Below the pieces are notes generated by a model, which was given only the letters and a program-made list of their open reading frames with translations, was not told the DNA's origin and did no database searches. 64,000 bases of DNA from the NCBI GenBank assembly GCA_964510025.1, contig CAZDZV010000004.1, forward strand, positions 64,611 to 128,610, read 5' to 3'. Within the stretch, counting starts at the first letter, position 1; every line of letters starts with the position of its first letter. The position numbers and the translations under genes are program-made. Positions 19,861 to 34,800 of this stretch are shown piece after piece. This DNA comes from an uncultured Methanosarcinales archaeon (GTDB taxonomy: Archaea; Nanobdellota; Nanobdellia; Woesearchaeales; DATDXC01).

Positions 19861-22800
19861 GCCTATATCAAAGACCTCCTGCTCTTGGCAGGCTCCTGCA
19901 GAGCATCCGTTGTCGCAATAGACGTTCTCTGATTCCACTTTTTCGCCGGCACAAAAATACTCAGTAAGAGTATCTCCATAGCTGTGATGGCAGTAGTCCT
20001 TGTATTCACCGTTCTCGCCCGAGGTAGTACCGGCATTATACGGGTCATTTCCGCCATCATCCTCGCTGCATGCTGGAGGAGCTGCTCTGGCAAGGTATTC
20101 CTGAGCATATGCCTTGGAAGGCGGAAGGAAGCCCCCTTCAGCCTTGGCAAGATATGAACTTCCTTCCGATGTTATGTAATAATGACCTTCTTCTGGTGGC
20201 AGATAAGCTGTGATTGTGCCGTGCTCTGTCTCAATTGTCACATCCTGCACACCCGCATCCACCATGTTCTGTGCATATATCCTCATAGTGCCTTGGATTG
20301 TGTTCTCTGGCCGGTTGTCATCTGGATAGCGGTGATATTCATTGTTTTCATCTATCCTGGCCAACTCCTTGATGAGATTTCCGGATTGGTCGACGATCTC
20401 TGCATGTACTGGCCCCTGGAAATTATTGACAGCCATCCCAAAGACTTCTCTCAAAGGCTCGAAGGGCGGCTCATAGCCTTCTGCTACTCCAAAGGCCTCG
20501 CATCTCTCGAGGTTTGCCTGGCCAAAAAAAGCTTCTTCGTTGTATTCAAACCAGTAATCGTCCGGGTAGCGCCATTGGGTGCTGCATTTCTCCAGCTCAA
20601 AATCCCAGTCTTCACAGCAGACAAGCGCTGGGCGTTCGATGCCCTGATACAGGCTGTGGTCATAGAGCGAAAAAAAGAAATGCATCCTGCTAAAATCCAG
20701 GTTCTGCTCCGTAGCTGATATAAAAGCAAAATGTATGTTCCCTGAATCTATATCAAAATAGTCTTTTGTCCTTACATCTGTGCTGTTTTTAAAGAGTGCC
20801 TGCTGATAGACATAAGATGTATAATATTGTTCTGCTTCGTTTCTTATATTGGCGTCTGCCCTTATACCTGGTACCTTCACAGAAGTAGGCCCGTCGATAT
20901 ACTGTAACTCGGAACCGTAGCTGAAATATCTGCCAGCATAGTGGCCCTCTGGGTCTTTGATGGAGAATAACGTGTATTTTCCATGGACTGCCGTCATGTC
21001 CATCGTCCTCATGTTGTCTTCGGGATTGAAATCTTCCGCTGTCTCGGCTACCGCTGTCAGAATGTGCTCTCCTTCTGAAAGGTTCAGGGCAATTTCCATA
21101 TTCCTGTAATCATAGGTATCAAGGAAGCCTATGCTGTCAGAATATATTATAACCCCGTCCAAAATAAGCTCAAAGACAGTGTCATATGCTGCTCTGCCGC
21201 CACTGTTTTGGAGGCCGATCTCGATGGAGTTGTTTTCGTCCAGAAAGACCATCTGTTCACCGCTTAGCCACACATTCAGGTCTGGCTGGTCCGGAAGCAC
21301 ATCAATGTAGCTGAAATCCAGGTTGTTTCTGCTGTCTACATCATCTGAATTATTTACAAGGAACTGGAAAGCTATGCTGCCCAGCTCTCCTGCATAATAG
21401 CTAAAATTGAGCATTTTCTCCTCGCCAGGATTGATCAAGGGCAGCAAAGCCTGCTCATCGGTTTCAGCGAAAGGCTGAGCGATGCGCATAGCAACGGTGC
21501 TGTTGTAGGCTGGCTGCGATCCTATATTCCTGACCCTTACCCCCATGTCATAGGTATTGTTGACTATATATCTGGAGGTATACTTGTAGGCAAACACATC
21601 AAGATCAGGGCCATCCTCTATTACCCTGACTGTCCTGTCATGGTCATAGTTGTTTCTGTAATCCCTGTCCCCATCCATATACGCAGCGATGCCAAAAACA
21701 TGCTCTCCTGGCTCTAAAGGCACTATTGTAAAGTCTGCCTGCCTTTCCTCCCACAATTCCAGATCTCCATGGAAAATGGCCTGCTTGGTTGTTGCTCCCG
21801 CCAGAATCATGGCTGTATCGTAGAATATGTTATCTACCACTATGGCGGTCCCGTCACGCAGCTCGACTATCTGCTTATCAAATAGCAGAAAGTTTTCCAG
21901 CATCCCGTCATATCCCACTGTCAGGTTCAGTTGCATGTTGCCATAATCTGTATAAGCCAAAAAACTATAGTTTTTGCCGGAAAGGACAATATCTCTGGCT
22001 CTTCCTGAATTGAGTGAAAGCCTGTTTTTGATGATGTCATAAAAAACAACATCTATGTCCTCTGCCCTGGTTGTGCCTTGGTTGGAGACATAGAAAGTAA
22101 GGTTTGTAGGCTGTCCAGCTATCAGACTATCAACATGGTTTAGGTATAAAGCTATATCAGCGCCGGCATAGGATGGCTGGAAATGCCATGTTACCCTGTT
22201 GTTGGATGGGTCTCCTTCGTTAGACACGTTGGCGACCAGTTCCAGGCTGTAGAATTTTTCTTCTGTTGGGGTGAATGTCAGATTTATCATGGTGCTCTCA
22301 TATTGGGGCAGAACCTCGATTTTTTTTGCGTCCACAAATGTCCGGTTATGCCGTATCTCCCATAGCGATACAGTTACATTAAGTGCATCCAAAAATCCTC
22401 TGTTATGGATATGCCCTTCTATTGTAAGTTCCTGGTTGACAATAGGTGTTCCGGATATCTGCATATTGACAGACAGGTCCGGGCCATACATGATCGCTTT
22501 GATCCATCCCTTGTCAAAGTTGCTTTCCATGTTCTTTTCAGATAAGGTCTCAGCCTTTACGTAGATGACATAATGATCCATGGCTGTAGGCTTAAAGCTA
22601 TAGTTAAAGATGATATAGCTGCTGCCCTCGATATCTTCTACCTCAATGAATTGCTCCTTGGCAGGCGAAATGAAGATATAGAAATAGTCGTCCAGTATAT
22701 GCTCACTGGCAATATATACTCCATTTCCCAGTTTCCTGATCTCATGCTCGTACAGCATCAGCTCTTCAGTAACCTGATCGTAGCTGACCTGTAAAAGCAG

Positions 22801-25800
22801 CTTCCGGTCCGCTGTCTTGGCTCCCTTTATGGTGTACTCTCCCTGGGTAGTGTGAAAGATATTGGTCCTGTTGTATTTAAAGGCCGCCCATGAGAAGTTT
22901 TCCAGCAGATACACCGTCACATTATTATTCGTCGCTGTCCTATGTCCCCAATTCCTGATATTGACAGGGATGTGGTTTATCTCGTTGACCACAGCGTTAG
23001 GCGGACAATAGATGGATGCATAAAGGTCTGAGACATTAGTCTTTATCTCAAAAGTGTTCCAAACCTGGTTGTTGCCCTCGTTTGTTTCCTGTATTCTATT
23101 GTCCGGGTCTACAAGGACAGATATTTCATTTACCTCTTCTGGGGGATACCAGCTGACAGCAATATCAGCAGAGGAACCTGAACTAAGCAGATCGATTTTC
23201 TCTTCTCCTATAGTCTCTATCCCACCCTGTGCATATCTCATGAACCTTACAGTGATATTATAAGCCTCTAGAGGGCCTGAGTTGGTCACTCTAGCACCGA
23301 CCATCACCGGTTCGTTGACTTCTCTGACCAGGGGGCTGCAGTTTAGCCCGTCAACCTTAAGGTCAGGCAAAGCCCTATTGACATCAAAGGTGTAGCTATC
23401 GTTCATCCAGCCGCTTGCCGTTCCAACTGCATTGCCTTCGTCGTCGTTCAGTGAAGCATGCGCCCTGTAGCTTCCATTGTCAGGTATGCTCAGACCACCC
23501 CATGATTCCTGAAGAGCCAGGCTGCTGTCCCCTGTCAATATTACTCTGGATTCATGGACAGTATGGTAAGGCTGCCAGCTCCCGTTCCGGCGTTGTATCT
23601 GCACTACCAGGTCGCCTTCAATAGGCTCTGTGCCTGTGTTGCGGATGACAGATGGCTTCAGCTTTATCACTTCTATGGGCTTTGATGCAATATTATTAAT
23701 TTCTAATGTCTCTTTTACCTCGTCGTATGCATCAGCCTCAATCTGGATGCTTCCACTTTTGTCTGCGATCCATTCTGCTTCTAGATTATATTCAGCCTTT
23801 GGGCCCATATTTTCTATTTGCACTTCACCTATGTATGTCCTTTCTTTCCAGTAAGGACCATCTGTATGATGGATTGTAATGTTGAATCTGCCGCTATCCT
23901 CGTCGCCGTTATTATTTATCCTCGCTCTTATCGTAACACTTTGCCCGGAATACGGCTTGCCTGGCTCGAATTCTATCGTATAATATCCGACTTCAAGGTC
24001 AGGGCCCTCTGTATTCTGAAATTCCGTATAATTATACGGGCCTGTTTCATAAGCATAGGCCTGCAGATCATGATAATACCAGGATCCATCTCTTATCCCC
24101 ATTCTTGCAATATCGTAAGGACCGTTCTTCCTTGTCGTGTATATATCGTATCCATCAAACAAGAGTGTTATGTTATACAAGCCTGGTTTAAAAAAATCCT
24201 TGAAATCTGCGTTTCCGATAAATGATTCCCTATGCAGCTCTCCCTCTACTGTAAAATAGCCTTCACTATTGCATCTGACGCCTAGATCCAGCGCGAGATA
24301 GTCATATAGGCCGTCGCCGTCTTCGTCTATGCCATAGTCCCTGATATCCCCTGTGAAATATATGGGCGCTCCAGCCACTGTCATATGCCTGTAGTTGTTT
24401 GCTGTCAGCTCTTCTCCCTCTACAGTTGACAGCTGTATTTCCAGAAGCGAGCCTTCCTCATCGAAATAGAACTCAAAGAATATATCCTCAAATGCTTTGC
24501 TGGCCAGGAATGGTATGTAGGCAGCTGATCTGAGTTCGCCGTTAATGCTAAAATTCACCCAGATATCGCTTTCATTGTTAAGCCCGTTGTTCATGATTGT
24601 CACATTCACAGTGACAGTGCTGTTAAGCTTGATTGTGCCGTCCAAGGCTAGGCCTCTTACAGCTATGTCATGCTCGGGCCTCTCAGGCTCAAACACCATT
24701 GCAGATGGGTCTCCAAGAAGCATATACATCTTTACATTTCCCATCGCAAAAAAGTTATCTTCTCCGTGCTGGTTTATCAGCCCTATGTTTCCCCTGGCAA
24801 ATATCTCGGCAAACCCATAGATATTGTCTTCGAAAATAGCCCTGAACAGATACTTGTCAAAATCATGGTTATATGTGGTGGCAGATGGCCTTGAAGCTCC
24901 AAGGTGAGCTACAGCCCCGTTTTTCATCCATCTTTCTCCGATACAATCGGTGCTGTGGTCAATCTTGGAGTTCCAGCAGGCGATGCTGAAAACAACAGGC
25001 AGCTTGTCTCCATTTCTTAATGAATCTACGTCTGAATTGTCAATATAGGGATTGCCCCATACCTCAACCCCGCCATGGCCTCTGTAATTTACTATGGAAA
25101 CACCATTGTTGATAGCATCTATCACATCCTGTTTTGTGCCACCTTCAAAAGGATACACCTTTATGGCAGTGTAATCAAACCCAGGCATTATACCATTGCA
25201 TATCTCTTCTTTGCACTGCTGGTATTTGCCAGGAGCTGACTGCGGATGGGCAACCATCAGCGCATTCTTTCTCCACATCCCTTCAGGAGGGTTCTGCTCA
25301 TACTGCATCGTCTTGTTCAGCATAAGAGCCAGTTCATCAGGATCGCTGGCCGGGAATCTCCCCACAAAGATCTCAGGGAAGGTATCATTGCCGTCGAGCA
25401 GGGAATAGTAATAGTCAGATGCTATATCAGCTGAAAACGTTCCTGGATAGTAATGCACCGGGATCTTATCAGCGTCTCCCACCAGCAGCAGGTATGTTGG
25501 AGAAAGCTCCCAGGAATTATATGCGTATTCCAGGAAAGCCTTTATACCGGAATCTCCGCTTCCAAATTCAGAATAGATGGCTGTAGCATTTATTACTTGA
25601 ACCTCCAGGCCGTTGTCAATTTTGTAATCGCCAAATCTCTTAGCTTCATTCCATAGCGTCTCATCTGTGATGATTACATAATCTGCCCTGTTGGCGCTAT
25701 TCCTCAATCCATCCTGATCTGCTGCGGCAAACACACTGTTGGCTACCCTATAGTCTGTCAGGCTTCCGGGCCTGTCTTCATAATTATCCAGCAGCCTGTA

Positions 25801-28800
25801 CATGTTCCCAAAAAGCATCTTGTTTTCCTTCTCCGGATTGAAACCAGCCTGTGCTATCTCGTTTCTTTCATAGCTGATCCTCAGTTTCAGATTGCTTGCC
25901 ATCAGCTGCCTTTTCATGGGATTATACTGTATAGGGTAAATTTCCAGCAAAGCAACGCTATAGTCTCTCATGATGCCTGTTTCTGTCTTTACATTGGATT
26001 CAGGATAAACTGCATCCATGCTGTAGAAATCGCTGTCTATTGTGAATGGAGGGCTGCCTGCAGAATCAGACTCTGGTCTCTGGAAAGGATAGATGGTGTA
26101 GCCGTCATATGTCCTTGAATCAGTTTTCTCTACATCTACCTTAATCTCTGAATAAGGCGGTATGGCTATGAGCTTCCTTATCACTGGCATCTGCGGCTTT
26201 CCTATTTCAGATGTATAGCTTTCATATGGCAGCAGCTGATATTGGCCCTTGGGAGCTGGTATTCCATCTACGCGTACCTCCATGCCATCCTCGACTATTT
26301 CAACCTCAAGCTCGGCATATGAAGGAGGCTGCTGTTCAGCAACCCTCGTTATCTCCCCTGGTCCGGTCAGCTGGATATCTTCATTGGTGTAGTAGTCCTG
26401 CTTTGTGGTGGATATCATAAGGTAGCCGTCCAAAGGCAGGCACCCTGTGACTATAGGCGCATTGAAATCGCCCTTTACCTTGGCGCAGTTTCTTGAGAGG
26501 CTGTATTGGCTGGCATTGGCTACAACTTTTGAGGTCTTCACAATATCCTCGTCTTCTTTGGCTGCCACCACCACATATGATTGATCATCGACATCAAACA
26601 CCTGTATATGTCCTGTCCCTGGTTCGATAGCGTTGCATTCCAGGAATATAGAGCTGAAATTGTTCACGCAGGGGTCTCCCAGCGAGATGATATTGCTGGT
26701 TCTGATGCTGGTTAGCTGGCTTGCCAGCACTACATCCACCTGCAGTTCCGGATTCTTCTGCCTGAATCCATCTGCGATATAAACCGCTCCGATGATTGCT
26801 GAAGGTGCTGCCTGGTCTCCCACTATTATGGCTGCCGTATCAGAACTTACATATTTCTCCAAGGTTGCGGCGATTTCAGACTCGCTGTATATTTTTATAA
26901 CATCTATCTGCTTTGCCAGATTGTTGTTGTCATAGCTTGACTCCTCGTCTGTGCACTGTGCAGTGATATTCACCTTATGATTGCCCAACCCCTGGTATTT
27001 GTGCTCAAAGGAGAGGATATGTTCCTGTTCTGCGCCCAAGACAATAGGTTGGGTTCCCTCAAAACCGGTGCTGTCGCCGTAATCTATAGAATAGCTGATA
27101 CCGTTGCATTGAGCATCCCCGATATTTGTCATCTCGGCTTTTATCGTTACTGACTTATTTAGCTGAGCCACTAATGGGTCAAACACAATGCTATATAGGT
27201 CAAGATCAGGCTTGCCAGCACCTAACACCTCCAATTCAACCGGAATCACTGTTTTTCCGGCTTCAGGATCATTGCTGTAGATGTTTATATCTGCATAGTT
27301 GAATCCTGCTAGCCCTGTTGTGTTTATGCTTACATCGATGTAATGCCCTGCTCCAGGATGTATCACGCCTGACCTTGGGTCTAGCTTCAGCCATCTGTCC
27401 TCTGATATGTAGTAGTCTGCGATGCCGTTAAACCCTGATCCGGCCAGTGAGATTTCTTCAATCCCCATAATATATAGCTCAGTCTCCATGTAGATGCCCT
27501 CTCTCGAGCTGTTCATGTAGTATTCATCTGACCATGCGCAGTCCCTTGCATCACCCATATATGACTCACCATTGGACATGTACGTCAGACCATACTCCAT
27601 GCCGATGCCCTTGACAGCGCATCCTGTCCAGGGATCCATATCTGTATCTAGATACAAAAAGAAGAATTCTTCTGAAAAGTCAGCAAGCTCCGCCAGGATA
27701 TACAGCTTCTCCTCGTCATTGGCGATCCTTATGGACCTGATATTTCCTTCAAGGTCGTTCAGAATAGGATCGATGCCTTCCCAGTCTTCTATATCTCCAT
27801 CCACGGTTATCTCCCTGAAATTGCCATATTGCTTGTTTCTCACAGCTGACAAAAGCCCTGCAGTCTGTGTCTTTGCCACGCTTGACGTTCCGTCTGTCTC
27901 GGACAGGCTATAGTCCCAGCTCTGAAGCTGGACAACATTAGAGACAATAGGCATCTTCGAATATGTTACTGTGGTTGCATACTCAAGATCAGCCCCGCCC
28001 TTATTGGAGATAGTGAATGACTCCTTGCCAATTGCCCCTGGTTCATGGACAGCCTTGATAGAACCTGGTGCTAGGGAGATTTCAGGTTGTGCCCTCACAA
28101 CCAGGAACTCCCATGCTGCGCTTATCATTTTCCCAAAGTCGAATTCTGCCAGGGCCCTATAACGCCCGACATCGCTTACCGAGATATTTTCAGGATTCCA
28201 TTCATGATCAAGCTTGAGTAGTTCGCCGCCTGCAAGGCTGACATTCTTTTCTGCTACAACCTCCTCTGTTATCCAGCCGTCATCAAGATATCTTTGAAGC
28301 TCCATCGTGAGCTTTCCTTCTACGTCAACAAAGCCGGTGTTTACGATCTTGGACTGGGGCCTGAAGCTTGCTTCGCACATATAGCAGCCGCTCCGCATGT
28401 TGTCGTAATTATATGTAGGCCAGTCCTCATTCTCAATGGATCCGTCCAGTTTCCACATATAGACATCTATTCTCGGGGATGTCTTTCCCTGCTTAGCATA
28501 ATCCTTAAGCTCCCCAGGTATGGGTGTATCGCTGGTCGTCACAAGCACGACCCCTTTTTCTGTATTGCCCAGGGTGGGGTTTTCTCTTGACCAGAACTGC
28601 ATAGGCTTTCTATCAACAGGCTGCAGCCTTTCCATAAACCTATAGATAGCTGCGTTGTCCTCGTTTTGTACTGCAACGTGCAGATCATCACCAGAGTGGA
28701 ATGTTAAAGGCTGATAGTTTGGATCAGAGGCTACAGTCTGCAGAAGATTAAGGTCTTTGTCATAGACAGAGATGCTTCGGTATATATCTGTTGTTATTAT

Positions 28801-31800
28801 TTCCGATAGTCCGTCTCCATCTGTATCCTGGACAACCAGGCCTCCGATGCTTCTGTCAACTGACCTTTGTGCAAGCCTTTTCCCGTCGCTGCCAAATATG
28901 TAGACAGTATTATGGAACTGACCATCATAATATGTGGCAAAGAAGATTATCTCCGGCAGGCCATCTGTGTCTATATCATTGACTACGTGATGTGTCATCC
29001 CATCCTCGCTTTCAACATACTGGGGCCATCCCTCAAGCATGGTCCCATCAACATCAAATACATATATCCCAATATACTTTTCATACCCCATATCGACGCC
29101 TTGCTTGAAGATTATCTCCTTATCGCTATCCTCATCCATATTTGCAAAGGAGACATGGCTTAATTCTGTAGATCCTCCTCCTCCGCTTGGGTCAACAGCC
29201 TGGGGCCATCCCGGCATTTCGTTTCCGTTGCTGTCCAGCAAGGTTACAGGGCAGCCGTCTCTGCCTATGTCCATGGTCGCCATCTCGTAGCTTCCATCAT
29301 TGTTGATATCATAGACTGCTATGTCAAAATCAAAGTCCAGATAATCGTAATACTTGGGCCATCCTTGCTTTATTCTGTTATCTGGTTCAACAACAAAGAT
29401 AGGGCCATGCCAGCCACCTCTGTATCCCCTGAAGATTATCTCATCTTCTCCATCTGCATCAATGTCTGCTATGCTGATCTTGCCAACATGACTTACTGGC
29501 AGGGTTAAAGGCGCATGCTTGTTCACGCCATCTGTATCCATCATATAGAGGACAGCTTGATCCCCGTTAGCCTGCTTGTCAGTGGCGTAGACTATCTCGG
29601 ATATTCCGTCCCTGTCAAGGTCTGCGATGACAGGAAGGGTGCTTATCTCGTCCCAGTGGGTCCTGAAACGCCTCGGCCAGCCCGGCTCCAAGCTAGGATC
29701 CAGCAGGATATTAAGCGATTGGCTTTCCAGAAGAGTGTCATTGTTGAAATAGTCTATTCTCATCTCACAGAAAGATTCTATATCAGTGATGTTTGTGTAG
29801 AGCAAAGCGATCACTCCTTCAGCATTGCCTGTCAATGCGCCTGAGAGTGTCCAGTTAGACTGGCAGCTAAGCCACGGCCCGGATAGCCTGAAATTCTTGT
29901 CAAGCCTGGCCACTTCCCCTTTGATCTCAATGATGTCCCCATTCCTGTAGACGATTGGATCACTGGCAAAGTTGCTGTGGTCATATGGATCATATATAAC
30001 AAAGCTCTTTACCTCTATAGGGATCTCATCATATACTATTCTTCCAGATGAGCCTGTTGCGCTAAGCCTTATTATGTAGGTTCCCCCTGCAAGCGCAGCT
30101 GTGTCCAGGCTGTAGTTCCGGCCTAGGATACCATTGCTTGTGATATAATGCCAGCCTGCTTCTCCTTCTTCCCTGTAGCTTATCTCATAACCTTGCATGC
30201 TTTCATGGTCATTCTCTATTATGGTGGGTATGATCTCGTACGAGCTTACAGTTGTTTTATCCAGCTCGAGCTGCACGTAGAGCGGGGGATTTTCCAGATA
30301 TGCTAATGACAGGTTAAGCCTGCCTGCTCCCTGTTCATGCTGCTGATAGCCGATATCCTGAGCCATGTACTTCAGCAATGCCTTTATCTCAATAGGATTT
30401 AACTCAGGCCTTGCCTGTTTCAGCAAAGCTACTGCTCCTGCTACATGGGGAGCAGCCATGCTTGTTCCTGAGATTGAAGTATGCTCTTTGTCCAGGCACT
30501 GATGCTCATCCCATGCATCATCCCATTGCGCAGCACATATCTCTACACCAGGCGCTGCGATATCAGGCTTGCTTATCAGCTTATCATTCGGAATCGCCCA
30601 TCTTACCGGCCCTCTTGAACTAAAGTCAGCCAGGCTGTCGTATTTGTCCGAAGCAGCTACTGTTATCGCATTTCGTGAAGTTCCTGGACTGCCGATTGTC
30701 TGAGGGAAGGGGCCGATATTTCCCGCTGATACAGCTGCCACAATGCCAAAATCCACAATTGTATCAACTGCCTTGCTTAGTATATCATCAGGGTGCCTGC
30801 TGTCTCCTCTTCCCCCAAAACTCATGCTTAGTATATCCACATGATCCTCAAAGCTCCCGTCCCCATTGGGATCCATCGCATACTCTATAGCAGCCAGAAT
30901 ATCATCTGTATACCCTCCTCTTTCAGAAAGAGCTTTCAAAGCATAGAGTTTTGCGTCTGGCGCCACCCCTTTTAATATGCCGCTTCCAGCAGCAATGCCT
31001 GCGCAATGCGTCCCATGTCCGTGATCATCCATCGGATTAGGATCGTTGTTGACAAAGTCATAACCGCCCAGCATCTTGTCACACTCAAGCTCGTTTATAT
31101 CCACATATTTAACGCATGCGCCTGCTGCGCACTGTTCAGGGCATACATATTCCTCCTCCTTTAATGAGCCGTCGGAATCGCATGTCCTCTCTATAAGTGT
31201 ATTGCCCACGCAATAGTCCCAAGCAGAATGGTCCGGAAAATGGACAATGCCCTTATGGCAGTAGTTTATGCCGCCGTCATCATCCCTGCATGTGCTTATG
31301 TTAAGGTCTGTGGGCTCAAAGCATGTCTCGCTTGGCTCTGGCAGCGGGATGCTGCAGTTCCCAAGGTCAGGATGGGTATAGTCTATGCCTGTATCAATGA
31401 TACCTATGGATATGCCCTCGCCGGTAAGGCATTCTTCTCCTGACTGATGGCAGTTATTTCCATGTTTATCCAGGCTCCAGAAATACTGCGCGCCGATCAT
31501 CGGCACAGATTGGCTCAAAGTGATGTTAAACCACTCATTTGGATAGACTGCATTGACTCCATCAACATCAGTAAGCTTCGCTGCTTCTTCATCCGGGATA
31601 TCCAGGTATAGGCCGTTGAATGATATTGTATACTCATCCACAAACACATCATCTGACAAGATTCCTGATGGGGAGATCCTTGAGATTATCTCCTGCTTCA
31701 CCTGTGAATGCTGTGCTTCAAGCTTTCTTTTCTGCTCTGCAACTGCACCATCCATCTCAGCTTGCTTTGCATTCGCCATTGATGTAGAGATCTTTCTCAG

Positions 31801-34800
31801 ATCTTCGATGATTTTTCTTTGCTCATTTATCTTTGCCAGCAGAGGCTTCTCACTCAGCTCTATGACATATCCGCCTTGCTCTGCAGCCCCGCTATGGTAC
31901 TCAGAATATACATAGGCTTTTCCGTCTATAATCTTTCTGATTTTGTCCTGCTTTGTCTGGACAAGCTTATTTCCTGCCTGTTCAGGCGGATCTGTCAGCT
32001 GGATGTGCTCTCCGACATTATATATGTCTCTTAACGTTGCCAATGATATCGAGGCGCTTGGCTCAGCCTTCCCCACTGTTATGTTGGCTGTGGAGGTATC
32101 ATGTATTTTGCCGCTGCAGTAGGTGGTAAGGCTTACCGTGTACTCTCCCTCAACCTCATATCGTTTCTCAGATGCTATGTTGTCTTCTTCCCCGGGCTGG
32201 AGGGACCTTTCATAGCTTTCCAGCCCTGTCATATCCCCATAGCTGAGATCATATGTGTATTCATAGCATTCTGCTGCGCCTATGTTCTTCACAACTGCTG
32301 TGATGTTGACTGCCTCATTGGTAAGCGCTCTTTTCTTGGAGACATTAAGCTGCACAATCCTTACAGTCGGTGAGGATATACAGCTGAAACTGCATTCCTC
32401 ATTTTCACACGGCTCTATGCCTGTACAAGCATTTGATGTGAAATTGATCCCGGTCGCATTATCACAGAGATAGTCCATCTGTTCGTTTTCGCAGATAAAA
32501 TTGCCAAAGACCTCATGCATAGTGCCGGATAATATCAGTCCGTTGATAGCATTTCCTATGATTGTATTGTCAATGACTTGGTTGCTTGAGCCTGACACAT
32601 GGATGCCGTTTTCATTGGACTCTGCATTGTTACCTGCCACAACACCCATATCCATATTGGAGCTTATGCCTAGCGAGTTATACATCAGCGTATTTCCTGC
32701 TATCTGCGCTGACCGGCCCCATGCCTTTATCCCATAATTGCAGTCAAATACCTGATTATGCTCCAGCGCATAGTTGTAGCCATGCACACTGATCCCTTCT
32801 TCATAACCATATATCTCAGTGTTCCTGATTGTAAAGCCATCCAGAGCAAAGCTGGTGCGGACTCCTGATCCTGAACCGTTCCCCTGTATCACATAGCCGT
32901 TTCCGTCGAATATTATGTTGTCTGCCACTATTGCTATACAGTCTCCGCTGCTGAAGATGTCTGCATCAAGCACATAGGTAGTGTTTGTCTGGTTTAATGC
33001 CCTGCACCCTGTGACCGAAATATAGCTCTCTGGCCTTGGCAGGCACGCTCCATCCGAGCATCCGTAAGGGCATTTATAAAACTCAAATTCAGCTATGTCA
33101 TCTTCACACCATCTCTCATGCAGATATGGACCTTCAGCGCTTGGTGCAGTCAGGCAGTGCACACAGCACCATTCTTCGAACTCGACAATATCCTCGCTGG
33201 CCTGTATCTCTCCTGTAAAATCCCTGAATTTCTTAGCAAATGTTGAGCCGCGCACAGAATAATTCCTCCCGTCAGTATCCTGGCAATCCGTCTGAATTGA
33301 CGCCCCTTGTTCCATGATGTAAACATCAGCTGTTGTCTCGGAATATGGATGTTCAACTATCAGCTCATCGTTCAGATAGATAACTTTGGTGCCTCTTTCA
33401 GTATAGCCCGCCAAGCCTTGAAAGTAAGGGTACAGCGTAAAGGCTTCTGAATATGAGGTGGGCTCTGTTAGCGTAATCCCATCGTTGAATATCACAGTTG
33501 AATTGACAGCATCTGGATCCTCTAATGTTATCATCCCGATCCCACCCATATCATCGATTGCTACCTTTAGACCTTGTTTTGTATATAGGGACTCTGATCC
33601 ATGGTCCAGGATTGTTATGGTCTTGTCTCCTGTGTTGGCAGCGAAGGAATATCTATGCCCGCCCAGATAGAAGTCAGTTGTGGCGCCTGTTGTGTTCTCG
33701 ATCCTGAAAGATGCCCCCCCGATTGGTTGCAGAGATACCTGGGTCATCCCGGTTCTTTCTGAAACATCCTTGACCTCCACCAGGTGGCTTGACTTATTTC
33801 TGGTGGCTATAAAGTAATCATGCTCCCTCACTGGCGTATTTCCTTTCACTATCCTGCTATTCTCGTCAGCGCCCAGATTTATAGTGCCGTTGCTTTCGTA
33901 GAAGGCGCTGAAGGATATCTCGCCTTCTGCCAGAGGCAGTCTCAGATCATAACGGTCATCTTGCTTCATAAGCTGGACCCATTCTGCCTCATCTATATTC
34001 AGGTTCCGGAAATAATAGTCGATCTTCCCCAGCAGCAGCTTGCTTTTGTTTGTTCCTTCAAGATATTCAGAAAGCTTGCCCCCCATAGCCACATAGTAGT
34101 CTTTCTCGGCTGTCCAGCTTATGCCTATGGCTGATATTGCCAGCCGCTCATCCTGATAGTAAGCTACGATATCTGCATGAACAGAAGGTATCCTCTCCTC
34201 ATTTACCTCCAGGTACCCGGAATTTATCTCATTGTAGTCGTAGTCTATTATCCTGACCTTTTGTGAATCCAGCAATATGATCGCCCTATCATCTGTTATA
34301 TCCCCCAAACCCACATAAATCCCGTCTGCTAGCCTGTATATCCCATTTTTTTCCAGATAGATAGGTTCCCCATTGACCAAAAAGCTCGCATTGTCGCCCA
34401 CATGCAGCATCTCGATCTCATAGATTCTGCCGTCCAGCTTATAGCTTTGGACGCTGCCCTCAGCTATGTCTGCCCTGATTTTTCCGGAGATAAGTGTAAT
34501 GCTGTCCCAGGAGGAATCCATCACATCAAAATTCTTTCCGAGCATAGATATTTTCTTAAGGTCTTCCATCCTCCCTGCCTGGTCCAGATCTGTTACAAGC
34601 GGCTCTAAAAATGAGAGATTATATGAGTATACTGCTTCATTTTCCTCAAATCTAAGATACCATGTTGCCTCTTCGTTCTGCTCATCCAGATGATAGACAA
34701 TTCTAGCTTCAGGATTTTCGATGCTCTGCGTGTATGGGAATTCACCATGCTTGTTGGATACCAACTTATCATCCAGGATGCTTAATGTGCCGACAGATGC

